Shown here: positions 20,116 through 27,652 of the stretch, piece by piece | Layout of the letters: every line of letters begins with the position of its first letter | How positions within the stretch are numbered: position 1 is the first letter of the stretch | Source of the DNA: a virus | Lineage: Duplodnaviria; Caudoviricetes | Direction: 5' to 3' (one strand) | IMG/VR virus record: IMGVR_UViG_2765235997_000001 | Coordinates: 23,089 to 87,088 of that record | DNA length: 64,000 nt | Notes under the pieces: generated by a model | What the model saw: only the letters and a program-made list of their open reading frames with translations | Told to the model about the DNA's origin: nothing | Database searches by the model: none | Translations under genes and position numbers: made by a program

Positions 20116-20988
20116 TTGATCCAGTACCGCGCGTTTCGGACGTGGCAGGCTATGCAAAAGCGGTCGAACAACAGCATCCTGGCGCTGTCGGTGGGGGCGA
20201 ATCACGCTCGGCGGGAGATGAGCCAGGCGCCGGACCCTGAGGTCAGGGCGCGCATGCTGCTCAATGCGGTGCCGCTGACGGAGCGGCTCGACGTGACAGC
20301 CGCAGAGGCGACGAAGATCTTCGAGTCTGCGGCGACCGATATGGCGTTCCTCGCCATCCCCCAGGTCATGGCGCTGCACATTGAGCTGTGCGTCGAGACG
20401 ATCGTTGAGTGCCAACGGTTCCCAAGCCTCATCAGGAGGAAGGGGGCGCCCGGCAAGTGGCAGGTGCCGGATCTCCATGAGGCGTTGCGTTTCGGCAAGG
20501 CGGAAACCAGCGCAGATGAACTACTCGACTTCTGCTTGAAGCTACGAAACGCGATGATGCACGGCGCGGGCAAGGTCAACGAGAAAGTGACAAAGCGATG
20601 GGAGAGGTTGTCGCCGGCGGCGGTTGCGCGATGGCAAAGCCTGGCGGGACGCCCTTTTACGTACACGAAGGTCGGTGTGCTGCCGACGCTGGGTTGGCCC
20701 GAGATCATGGCCACGTTGGCGGTGACGAAGGAGTCGGCCCATGAGATCAACGGGCGAGTCCGGGGCGCCCTTACTCGCGCCCAGTGGGCGGAGGTCATCG
20801 CTCGTGACTACCGTGACTCCACGACGGTTGGCCGCCGACGGTTCAATGCCGCGCCGGCTGGTCATGGGGTTGCAGGTCCGGAACTGGACCGGGTGGTGCA
20901 GCGACTTCAGGGGCACGCGATGACGTACTACCCCGACCTGGCGATGACGCCTGCGGAGTTGCGGGCTGGCCGGGATGCGGTTCGTTAG
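20116..20988 (+). CDS. Putative HEPN-domain protein (RxxxxH), antisense moron
   Basis: TTG after AGGGGG; LRNAMMH motif (20545-20562) in a helical context. Confidence 0.6.
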   Translation: MIQYRAFRTWQAMQKRSNNSILALSVGANHARREMSQAPDPEVRARMLLNAVPLTERLDVTAAEATKIFESAATDMAFLAIPQVMALHIELCVETIVECQRFPSLIRRKGAPGKWQVPDLHEALRFGKAETSADELLDFCLKLRNAMMHGAGKVNEKVTKRWERLSPAAVARWQSLAGRPFTYTKVGVLPTLGWPEIMATLAVTKESAHEINGRVRGALTRAQWAEVIARDYRDSTTVGRRRFNAAPAGHGVAGPELDRVVQRLQGHAMTYYPDLAMTPAELRAGRDAVR

Positions 20989-21159
20989 GAGCGGACGCTC
21001 TACTTGAGCTACGAGACGACGCGAACGTGGACTGGCCCGGACTTGCACCGGGATCTTCCGCACAGTGGCGGTTCCGGTGACGAACCGGACCCATCCTGAA
21101 GATGACCGCCTGGCCCCGACCCTACCGGACGGGGCCTTCCACCATCACCGCGTCGGCCG

Positions 21160-21417
21160 TCACGTGTCCTCCAGTACGTATCCGGTGCGGCGGGGTGCCC
21201 CGTCGCGGGTGGTAGGCGTGGTGTGGAGTTGGTCGGATCGCATCCAGCGTGGGCGGATCTCGCGCCCGTCTCGGGTGATGGTGACGACCTGGACCTTCCG
21301 CATGCCGTCGAGGTCCGCGGCTCCGATCGGGGCGTTGGTGATCCGGATGCGGGTGGGCCCATCTGACGGGTGGTGGCGGTTGCTGAGGCTGCGGTAGGTC
21401 TGTCCGGGCTGGATCAT
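21160..21417 (-). CDS. Hypothetical protein (85 aa)
   Basis: ATGA-coupled; GAGGAG RBS. Confidence 0.65.
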   Translation of the reverse strand: MIQPGQTYRSLSNRHHPSDGPTRIRITNAPIGAADLDGMRKVQVVTITRDGREIRPRWMRSDQLHTTPTTRDGAPRRTGYVLEDT

Positions 21418-21593
21418 CGCGGGGGCTCCTCGGTGGGGTTCTTCCGGCTGCCGTTGCAGTATCCGAACCCGGGTTCGCCGGGTCGGGTGGGGTGGCGGGC
21501 GCCGTGGGCGGGGATAGTGTCGTCGTCCCGGAGGCGGTAGGGGCGGCCACACGTCGGGCAGTGTTCCTTCCGTGCCGGGGTGGATGGCTTCAT
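21414..21593 (-). CDS. Small Zn-finger-like protein (59 aa, absent from ORF track)
   Basis: MKPSTPARKEHCPTCGR...H...C; ATGA-coupled at both ends. Confidence 0.6.
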   Translation of the reverse strand: MKPSTPARKEHCPTCGRPYRLRDDDTIPAHGARHPTRPGEPGFGYCNGSRKNPTEEPPR

Positions 21594-21865
21594 CGCGGGG
21601 GCTCCCGAGGGGGGTTGTGGGCCGCCGTGCCGTACACAGCAGCCCAGGGGTGGTCAGGGAATTCGCTTGCGTTGACGGTCTCGAACCACCGCCACTCGCG
21701 GCTCTCCCAGTACTCGACACGGGCCTGTTCGGCGCGGCTGTCCCCTCCGAGCGCGGCACGCACCAGGGCGTAGGCCTTGGCCTCGCTGGTGTGGTCGGAG
21801 GTGGCGCGGACGTCGGGCCCGGTGATGATGACGCGCCACGGCTTCCGGGGCTTCTTGGCGGCCAT
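21590..21865 (-). CDS. Hypothetical protein (91 aa)
   Basis: GAGGAG RBS; tiles operon. Confidence 0.65.
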   Translation of the reverse strand: MAAKKPRKPWRVIITGPDVRATSDHTSEAKAYALVRAALGGDSRAEQARVEYWESREWRWFETVNASEFPDHPWAAVYGTAAHNPPREPPR

Positions 21866-21869
21866 CGGT

Positions 21870-21986
21870 CTACTCCTCGTCGTCGTTGTCATAGTCCCGC
21901 TCGAACCATTCGCGGTCACGGCGGGCCACCTCGGCCAGGGTGTCCTCCCACGGCGGCAACGGGGCCGGGGCAGACGGCGCGGTCAC
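21870..21986 (-). CDS. Small peptide (38 aa)
   Basis: GGAGG RBS, GTGA coupling. Confidence 0.45.
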   Translation of the reverse strand: MTAPSAPAPLPPWEDTLAEVARRDREWFERDYDNDDEE

Positions 21987-22441
21987 GGGGTGCCTCCGTG
22001 TTCACGGGCGGTGTGGCGGTACAGCTCTTCCTCGGCGGACCCGTCGTCCACGTGCCACACCGTGGTGCGCCACCCGCACGTGCTGCACTTCCGGGACACT
22101 TCGGCGCTGGTCGCGGTGACGGACCGGAGGTACAGGCCCCCGCCGCCACCACCGAACGGGCTGCTCTCGGAGGTGTAGCCGTGGCAGTCGTCGGCCTCGC
22201 ACGCATACGGGTCGAAGACCGGGGCGAATGGCTTCGGGTAGTCGTCCTGCGGGCAGCGGCACACGGCCTTTCGAGCTGCGCGCCGGGCTTTCATGCGGGC
22301 GAGGCGTTGGGCATTGGTGGGCTGCTCCCACTGGTGACCGCCCTTCCCGCGAAGGTACTGCCAGCCGTGCGGGTTGTCGTAGCCGCACCACCGGCACCCG
22401 TCCGGGTTCGGGGCAGCCTGGTGGCGGATGACCTTGGCCAT
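21983..22441 (-). CDS. Cys/His-rich hypothetical protein
   Basis: GCRWCG, CSTCGW...H; TGATG coupling. Confidence 0.65.
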   Translation of the reverse strand: MAKVIRHQAAPNPDGCRWCGYDNPHGWQYLRGKGGHQWEQPTNAQRLARMKARRAARKAVCRCPQDDYPKPFAPVFDPYACEADDCHGYTSESSPFGGGGGGLYLRSVTATSAEVSRKCSTCGWRTTVWHVDDGSAEEELYRHTAREHGGTP

Positions 22442-22932
22442 CAGAACGTCCCGGCCTGCAGGTCGTCCGGGCCGTCGTCGGATCGGTAGAGCGGCCCGTA
22501 GTCCGACTCGACCTCGCCGACGGGCACCGGTTCGTTGCTGTGGTCGTTCCGGACCCGCATCAGCGGCTGCCCCTGGTCGTCGACGCCGCAGGCCATCCAG
22601 TAGAAGCCCTCGGCGTCGCGGTACCAGGCGGCGGCGTTGTACCTGACGCCGTTCCAGACGACGGTGGCGCGCTCGCAGTCCGGAGCGTGGTGGGACGGGT
22701 CGAAGCAACGGCAGACGGATGCCTCCAGCTTTGCGATACGGGCGCTCGCCCCACCCAGGTCGCTTTCCAGCTCGGCCACCTGGCTGGCCGCCTCGGACAG
22801 GGCCTTCCGCAGCCGGTCGACCTCGGCCAGGAGGTCGCGGGCGAACAGGTTCCCGAGCGAGTAGTTGCTCATCTCGGCGACGTGCGACCGGATCCGCTGC
22901 TCGTACTCCGGGGTCATCGGGGTGTCGGTCAT
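22441..22932 (-). CDS. Coiled-coil protein with phiSA1p31-like C-terminal domain
   Basis: WYRDAEGFYW...GQPLM...DYGPL. Confidence 0.65.
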   Translation of the reverse strand: MTDTPMTPEYEQRIRSHVAEMSNYSLGNLFARDLLAEVDRLRKALSEAASQVAELESDLGGASARIAKLEASVCRCFDPSHHAPDCERATVVWNGVRYNAAAWYRDAEGFYWMACGVDDQGQPLMRVRNDHSNEPVPVGEVESDYGPLYRSDDGPDDLQAGTF

Positions 22933-23165
22933 CGGGGTCCTTCCGGAGACAGGGCGGGGGTAATGGGCACGGGCTTCCACTCGTCGAGCTCCCAGTTCTC
23001 CGCATCCAGGGCGGTTGCAGTGGCGGGCTCGCCGGGGCGGTACAGGAAGCCGACCGCTCGCATCTCCTGATCGAACGGATTCGGGGCGACTGCGAGGCAC
23101 TGGAAGATCCAGCGGCGGCGCTGGTAGGTGCGGTTGGCCTCGAAGAAGTCGGCGGTTGCGCTCAT
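22929..23165 (-). CDS. Hypothetical protein
   Basis: AGGAG RBS; coupled to downstream gene. Confidence 0.65.
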   Translation of the reverse strand: MSATADFFEANRTYQRRRWIFQCLAVAPNPFDQEMRAVGFLYRPGEPATATALDAENWELDEWKPVPITPALSPEGPR

Positions 23166-23189
23166 GACGTCTCCTGCTCGGAAGTTGGT

Positions 23190-23591
23190 CTACGCGCACC
23201 TCGCGAAGTCGGCGGCGACCAGGTGGCGGGTGGCCTTGTACGTGGTGAGTGCGGTGTACAGGGCCGGGTCGGTGGGCTTGTAGACGTGGACGTGAATCCA
23301 CCGGCCGGTGGTGCGGTGCTGGGCCCAGACCTTGACGGCGTCGGCTCCGAGGTGGGTGGCCCGGTAGGCCTTGGCGGTGTGCCGGCCGTACCAACTGGCC
23401 TGCCCGTCCTTCAGGCCGGCGCCGAGGCGGTCGAGCATGTCGCCGGTGCGGATGAGGGTGCCCGTGTCGACGGCGACGGCGATGAGGCCGGAGAGGCACC
23501 GGTAGCGGAGGGCCTTCGCCGTGTGGCGGGCGGCGCGGTGGGTGGCGGCGATGGTGCGGAGTGTCCGGCGGGTGCGGGTGGTGGCGATCAC
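23190..23591 (-). CDS. Basic hypothetical protein (133 aa)
   Basis: GAGGGGG RBS; first gene after divergent control region. Confidence 0.65.
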   Translation of the reverse strand: MIATTRTRRTLRTIAATHRAARHTAKALRYRCLSGLIAVAVDTGTLIRTGDMLDRLGAGLKDGQASWYGRHTAKAYRATHLGADAVKVWAQHRTTGRWIHVHVYKPTDPALYTALTTYKATRHLVAADFARCA

Positions 23592-23636
23592 GGGTCCCCC
23601 TCGGGTGGTGCTGTGCGACTTGGCGATGACTCCATC

Positions 23637-23710
23637 ATGTAGCCCTACATGTAGCCCTGTCAATAGGGCTATACGTAGGGCGTGTAGTTGGCCTTACTGT
23701 AGGGCTACCC
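23637..23710. promoter_or_regulatory. Operator array TAGCCCT/AGGGCTA in divergent promoter region
   Basis: TAGCCCT at 23640 and 23652; AGGGCTA at 23665 and 23701; palindrome ATGTAG-CC-CTACAT. Confidence 0.7.
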
Positions 23711-23728
23711 GTGTGTCAAAATGAGGGC

Positions 23729-23992
23729 ATGGCCACCGACTACCGACCCAGCCCAGACGCAGCCGACGTCTTCGCCCAGTACAAGGAGCACTACGAAGGC
23801 GAGCGAGAACTCAAGCCCGCCATGCGCGAACACGCCGCCAATGAACTCAAAGCCGGTGCCACCGTTGGCCAGCTCGCCAAAGCCACTGGACTTACCCCAG
23901 AGGTCTTCCGGCGCATGGCCCGCGACCTCGGCATCGAACGCCTCCGCCCACCCACCGTCGGCAAGCTCAAGCCCGAGGGGGACGGCTCATGA
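23729..23992 (+). CDS. Small HTH protein
   Basis: GATVGQLAKATGLTPEVFRRMAR. Confidence 0.75.
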   Translation: MATDYRPSPDAADVFAQYKEHYEGERELKPAMREHAANELKAGATVGQLAKATGLTPEVFRRMARDLGIERLRPPTVGKLKPEGDGS

Positions 23993-24510
23993 ACGTCGCC
24001 GAGGTCGACGCCCTGGCCGAAGCTGCGCACGCCGGCCAGTTCGACAAGATCGGCGTCCCGTACATCGAGCACGTCCGCGCCGTCGCTGCCGGGCTCACCC
24101 CGTTCGGTGACGAGCTGGTGATGGCCGGGCTGCTGCATGACGTCATCGAGGACACCGACTGGACCGCCGAGCAGCTGCGCGGGGCCGGGGTCCCGGACCG
24201 GGTGGTGCGCGTCGTGGAAGCGGTCACCAACCAGAAGGGTGTGCCGTATGAGGTGAAGGTGCGTCGGATCGCCCTGAACCGCGACGCGACCTTGGTGAAG
24301 ATCGCCGACAACGCGCACAACTCGCACCCGGACCGAGCGGCCCAACTGCCCGAAGACAAGCGGGCCCGGCTGGCCGCCAAGTACCGAAGCGCACGCGACG
24401 TGCTGTGGATGGCGGCTGGCGCTCTCGACGTCGCGACCATCATCAACATCGTCAACCCGTCGCTGCTCGACGAACTCCGGGAACGGCAGAGCGCTGGACG
24501 CCCCTCATGA
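23989..24510 (+). CDS. HD-domain hydrolase, SpoT/Mesh1-like
   Basis: AHAGQ..K..PYIEH, LLHDVIEDT, VKIADNAHN. Confidence 0.85.
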   Translation: MNVAEVDALAEAAHAGQFDKIGVPYIEHVRAVAAGLTPFGDELVMAGLLHDVIEDTDWTAEQLRGAGVPDRVVRVVEAVTNQKGVPYEVKVRRIALNRDATLVKIADNAHNSHPDRAAQLPEDKRARLAAKYRSARDVLWMAAGALDVATIINIVNPSLLDELRERQSAGRPS

Positions 24511-24818
24511 CCGACGCCTTGGTGGCCTTCCTCCGGGCCCGTTTCGCCGAGGAGTTGGAGAAGGCCCGCTTCGCGAGCAGCACGGTGACCCAGGATCCTG
24601 AGCGGTTCGGTGTCGCACCCGAGGACGCCGCGGCGCACGCCCGGTTCTCCGTCGCCACCGCCGAGGTGCACCTCGCACTCCTGGAGGACACCGTGATCCC
24701 AAACGTGGGAGCGGAGGGGGCGGCCGGCCGGATTGCCGAGTACCAGCTGCGACTCCTCGCCGCCCCCTACGTCGAGCACAAGGACTACCCGCACGACGAG
24801 CCCAGGAGCTCTGCATGA
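24507..24818 (+). CDS. DUF6221-like protein
   Basis: LVAFLRAR...LRLLAAPYVEHKDY. Confidence 0.65.
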   Translation: MTDALVAFLRARFAEELEKARFASSTVTQDPERFGVAPEDAAAHARFSVATAEVHLALLEDTVIPNVGAEGAAGRIAEYQLRLLAAPYVEHKDYPHDEPRSSA

Positions 24819-25252
24819 CAGCAGACCTGGCTGCTTTCCTCCGGGCCCGACTCGGCGAGGACCATGAAGCGGCGCGGCTTACCTTCGGAGTGAATGGCAT
24901 GGCTCGCATCCGGCGCGGCGAGCCTGCGCCCCGGTGGGTTCCCAGCCCTGAGGGCGATGCGGGGATCTGGGACACGGACGGCACCCCGCGCGTCAAGCAC
25001 GTGTGGGCGCTGGAGCGTAACCACATCATCCGCCAGGATCCGGCCCGCACCCTGCGGGAAGTCGAAGCGGCGCAGGCCGTACTGGACCTGTACGAGGAGG
25101 CCGGGGACCGCATGGACCGGGCCATGAGCGACGGAGACACGGTCGCGTACCAGGAAGCACGGATTGAGCAGAGGACGTTGCGCAAGGTGCTGTTGCGCGA
25201 GGCCACCGTCCACGAAGCCCACCCGGACTACCTGCCGGAGTGGCGGCCTTAA
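24815..25252 (+). CDS. DUF6221-like protein
   Basis: LAAFLRARL...DPARTLREVEA...HPDYLPEWRP. Confidence 0.75.
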   Translation: MTADLAAFLRARLGEDHEAARLTFGVNGMARIRRGEPAPRWVPSPEGDAGIWDTDGTPRVKHVWALERNHIIRQDPARTLREVEAAQAVLDLYEEAGDRMDRAMSDGDTVAYQEARIEQRTLRKVLLREATVHEAHPDYLPEWRP

Positions 25253-25297
25253 CCGTTCCTCCCCCGCCACCCCTGCTCCCCCGGCAGAATGCCCCTC

Positions 25298-25480
25298 ATG
25301 GCGAGGTTCACGGTCCACGGCCGCACCCAGGACGAGTGCCAGCAGGCGCTGGATGACCTGCGCCGGCTGCTGGACGTCGAGGTGACCCTCCCGCCGACAG
25401 ACCGGCTCGGTGGGGCGTGGATCGCCCGCGCAACACGAAAGGCCCCGGACCAGACGGTCCGGGGCCTTGCCGTGCGGTGA
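25298..25480 (+). CDS. Hypothetical protein (60 aa)
   Basis: MARFTVHGRTQDECQQAL; -10-like CAGAAT 7 nt upstream of ATG. Confidence 0.55.
   Translation: MARFTVHGRTQDECQQALDDLRRLLDVEVTLPPTDRLGGAWIARATRKAPDQTVRGLAVR
25439..25468. terminator. Probable bidirectional terminator
   Basis: AAGGCCCCGGACC-AGAC-GGTCCGGGGCCTT at a convergent junction. Confidence 0.75.
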
Positions 25481-25483
25481 GTT

Positions 25484-25966
25484 TCAGGCGTCGACCATCT
25501 GCCGTCGGATGACCTCGGCGGCCTCCTCCCACTCCCCCTCGGCGAGCGATCGGGGCTGCTCACCGGTGGGCCTGACGTCGATGGCGTTGACCGGGGTGAG
25601 GAGCGGGGTGTCGCCGTCGAAGTCGCCGAGGTGCTTCCACACGGTGCCGCGCCCGTCGAAGGTAGCCCCGGCGGGGAGGAAGTGGTCGCGCAGGTCGAAC
25701 TCTTCCCCGGTGCCGGGGTGAATCCACCGGTTGGCCTTGTCGGCGGCGTCGGCGCAGCGCTGGCACTGGTTGTCGTAGGTGAGGTGCTGGCCGCAGTAGT
25801 AGCCGCCGCACCCGTGTTCGTCGCCACCGGGGGTCTTCCCGCAGAGGTAGCCGAGACCCCGGTCGATCTTCTCTTCGCAGCCGGTTTCCTCGCAGATGGC
25901 CTCGACACCGTATCCGGCGTGGATGGTCTGGCCGTTGCGGTGGATCTCGTAGTGCGCGTATCCCAT
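25484..25966 (-). CDS. Cys-rich N-terminal domain plus phiSA1p31-like domain
   Basis: GYGVEAICEETGC..IDRGLGYLCG...GCGGYYC..H; FDGRGTVWKHLG..DTPLL. Confidence 0.7.
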   Translation of the reverse strand: MGYAHYEIHRNGQTIHAGYGVEAICEETGCEEKIDRGLGYLCGKTPGGDEHGCGGYYCGQHLTYDNQCQRCADAADKANRWIHPGTGEEFDLRDHFLPAGATFDGRGTVWKHLGDFDGDTPLLTPVNAIDVRPTGEQPRSLAEGEWEEAAEVIRRQMVDA

Positions 25967-26039
25967 GGTGTGCCTCCTTGGTTGATGGTCCCGCCGGTTG
26001 CGGGGTGAGTGGTCGAGATGGGTGTCAGCCGCGTGTCGT

Positions 26040-26189
26040 TCAGTCGTGGCCGTTGAGCATGTGGTCTACGCAATCCGGGCAGTCCTCCCGGGGTGCGAGG
26101 TGCTTGTGCTGTTCGCGGCTGTCGTAGGCGTGCAGCCAGCACTGGGGGCACTCGCCTTTCGGCGGGTTCAAAGCGGTCTTGCTGGCCAT
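26040..26189 (-). CDS. Small Cys/His protein resembling Streptomyces plasmid pRL2-8 family (49 aa, absent from ORF track)
   Basis: NPPKGECPQCWLHAYDSREQHKHLAPREDCPDCVDHM; AGGAG RBS. Confidence 0.7.
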   Translation of the reverse strand: MASKTALNPPKGECPQCWLHAYDSREQHKHLAPREDCPDCVDHMLNGHD

Positions 26190-26198
26190 CAGGGACTC

Positions 26199-26711
26199 CT
26201 AGCTGTACGTCTGGTTGCGGGTGTTGGCGATGACGCCGCGGGTGGTGCTGGTGACGGTGCGGGAGTCGTGGTGGACGGTGCCGTGGAAGTGGTTGGTGAC
26301 CGGCGTCGGAGCGGCCTCAGCCACTTCCCTGGCGTTCTTCATCAGCCCCTTGAGCGCCAGCACGGGCAGCGTGAGGGCCACGGGAACGGCGACGACGCCG
26401 CCGCAGATCCAGGCGATGACCGTCTCGTTGGCGTGGCCCGAACTCCACAGGACGGCGCTGGCTGCTCCCCCAGCAGCAAGGGTGAGGATGCTGCTGGTGA
26501 GGATGGTGACGTTGCGGTCGACGGCCCGCTGGCTCATCGACGCCCGGCCGGGCTGCTCGACGGGCGGGGCTGATCCGACGACGGGGAGCGGCGTCTCGTC
26601 CCGGTGGTAGGTGGCCTGGCCGATCTCGTTGATGGCGGCCATGAGTTGGTCGGCGTTGCAGCGGATGGTGGTGTCGGGCTGCCCGGCGACGGGCTGCTCG
26701 GGCAGCTGCAT
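26199..26711 (-). CDS. Two-TM membrane protein, spread (Spd)-like
   Basis: Two hydrophobic helices then PVTNHFHGTV; downstream of traB. Confidence 0.6.
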   Translation of the reverse strand: MQLPEQPVAGQPDTTIRCNADQLMAAINEIGQATYHRDETPLPVVGSAPPVEQPGRASMSQRAVDRNVTILTSSILTLAAGGAASAVLWSSGHANETVIAWICGGVVAVPVALTLPVLALKGLMKNAREVAEAAPTPVTNHFHGTVHHDSRTVTSTTRGVIANTRNQTYS

Positions 26712-26720
26712 GGCGGTCTC

Positions 26721-26915
26721 CTAGTGGTTGTCGACGGCCCAGCGGCCGTTCACGGGGCGAATGGTGAAGCCGGGGCCGTTGACCCGGTTCGACACGGGGA
26801 AGATCACGCCGATGCCCAGGTCGTCGATGGTGTTGAGTAGCTCGGCAACCTGGGCGGCGTAGTCGGCAGCCCGGGTCTCGCGGCGGCGAAGCTCGGCAGG
26901 CGTTCCGGTGAACAC
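26721..26915 (-). CDS. Hypothetical protein (64 aa)
   Basis: AGGAGG RBS. Confidence 0.6.
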   Translation of the reverse strand: MFTGTPAELRRRETRAADYAAQVAELLNTIDDLGIGVIFPVSNRVNGPGFTIRPVNGRWAVDNH

Positions 26916-26924
26916 GAGGGCCTC

Positions 26925-27356
26925 CTAGGCGATGCGGAAGGTGTCGGGGCGCCGGGTTTCGTGGAGCACCCCGGTGTCGATGAGGTCGGTGACGTGGGCT
27001 GCAATCCAGGTGCGGGAGCGGCCGATTCGGGGTGCGGCTTCGGTGAGGTCGGCGGTGGTGATGCGGTCACGGCCGGCTGCGGTGCGTTCGGCGAGGAGGC
27101 CGTGGATGACGGCGGCGGCGCGTTCGGGGGTGGAGTGGGAGGGCCGATTCTCGGCGAGGTCGTCGCGGAAAAAGGCGAGAAGGCGGCCCTGCTGCCTGGC
27201 GGTGATGGGGTTGGTGGAGGCGAACGCCCAGTGGGGTGGGTAGCGAATTTCGAGGCGTGCGACGGTGGGTTCTGGGTCGTTGTCAACGGTGGTCCAGGTG
27301 CGGAGTGCGGCGGCTAGGACTTTGGCTCGACTCCCGTCCGTTTCGGGGCTTTTCAC
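26925..27356 (-). CDS. Protein with C-terminal wHTH resembling the TraB DNA-binding domain
   Basis: RIGRSRTWIAAHVTDLIDTGVLHETRRPDTFRI vs TraB RIGRARSWVSGALGDLSDAGIHLSETDQPGVYRL; AGGAG RBS before GTG 27356. Confidence 0.62.
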   Translation of the reverse strand: MKSPETDGSRAKVLAAALRTWTTVDNDPEPTVARLEIRYPPHWAFASTNPITARQQGRLLAFFRDDLAENRPSHSTPERAAAVIHGLLAERTAAGRDRITTADLTEAAPRIGRSRTWIAAHVTDLIDTGVLHETRRPDTFRIA

Positions 27357-27381
27357 GGGTTTGTCTCCTGTGTCAGGTCGA

Positions 27382-27652
27382 GGTGTCATCGGAGGGGCGG
27401 TCACGCGCGCGCACGCGCATGACCTATAGAGATCGGCCCTCCGGAGGGCTTCTGACACCCGTTCTGACACCTTCGCGGTGTCAGAACGGGTGCCAGACGG
27501 TGTCACCGCAGGTCAGAGGGGGTGTCAGCGCTGACACCTTGAGGTGTCAGACCTCGACCGGCACCGGGTACAGCAGCCGGTAGACCCCCGGCTGGTCCGT
27601 TTCTGACAGGTGAATCCCGGCGTCTGACAGGTCTCCCAGGGCTCCTGACACC
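27382..27652. repeat. Putative clt (cis-acting locus of transfer): TGACACC repeat array
   Basis: 9 exact copies on both strands (27382, 27453, 27465, 27477, 27499, 27521, 27532, 27543, 27646) at the traB 3' end. Confidence 0.8.

Noticed and set aside
21009-21163. GTGA-coupled start at 21163 that stops after 13 codons (possible gene remnant)
   Set aside because: No recognisable continuation in any frame; too weak to call
27382-27652. Repeat cluster as a possible CRISPR array
   Set aside because: Repeats are 7 bp, in both orientations, with no unique spacers and no cas genes; fits a clt better
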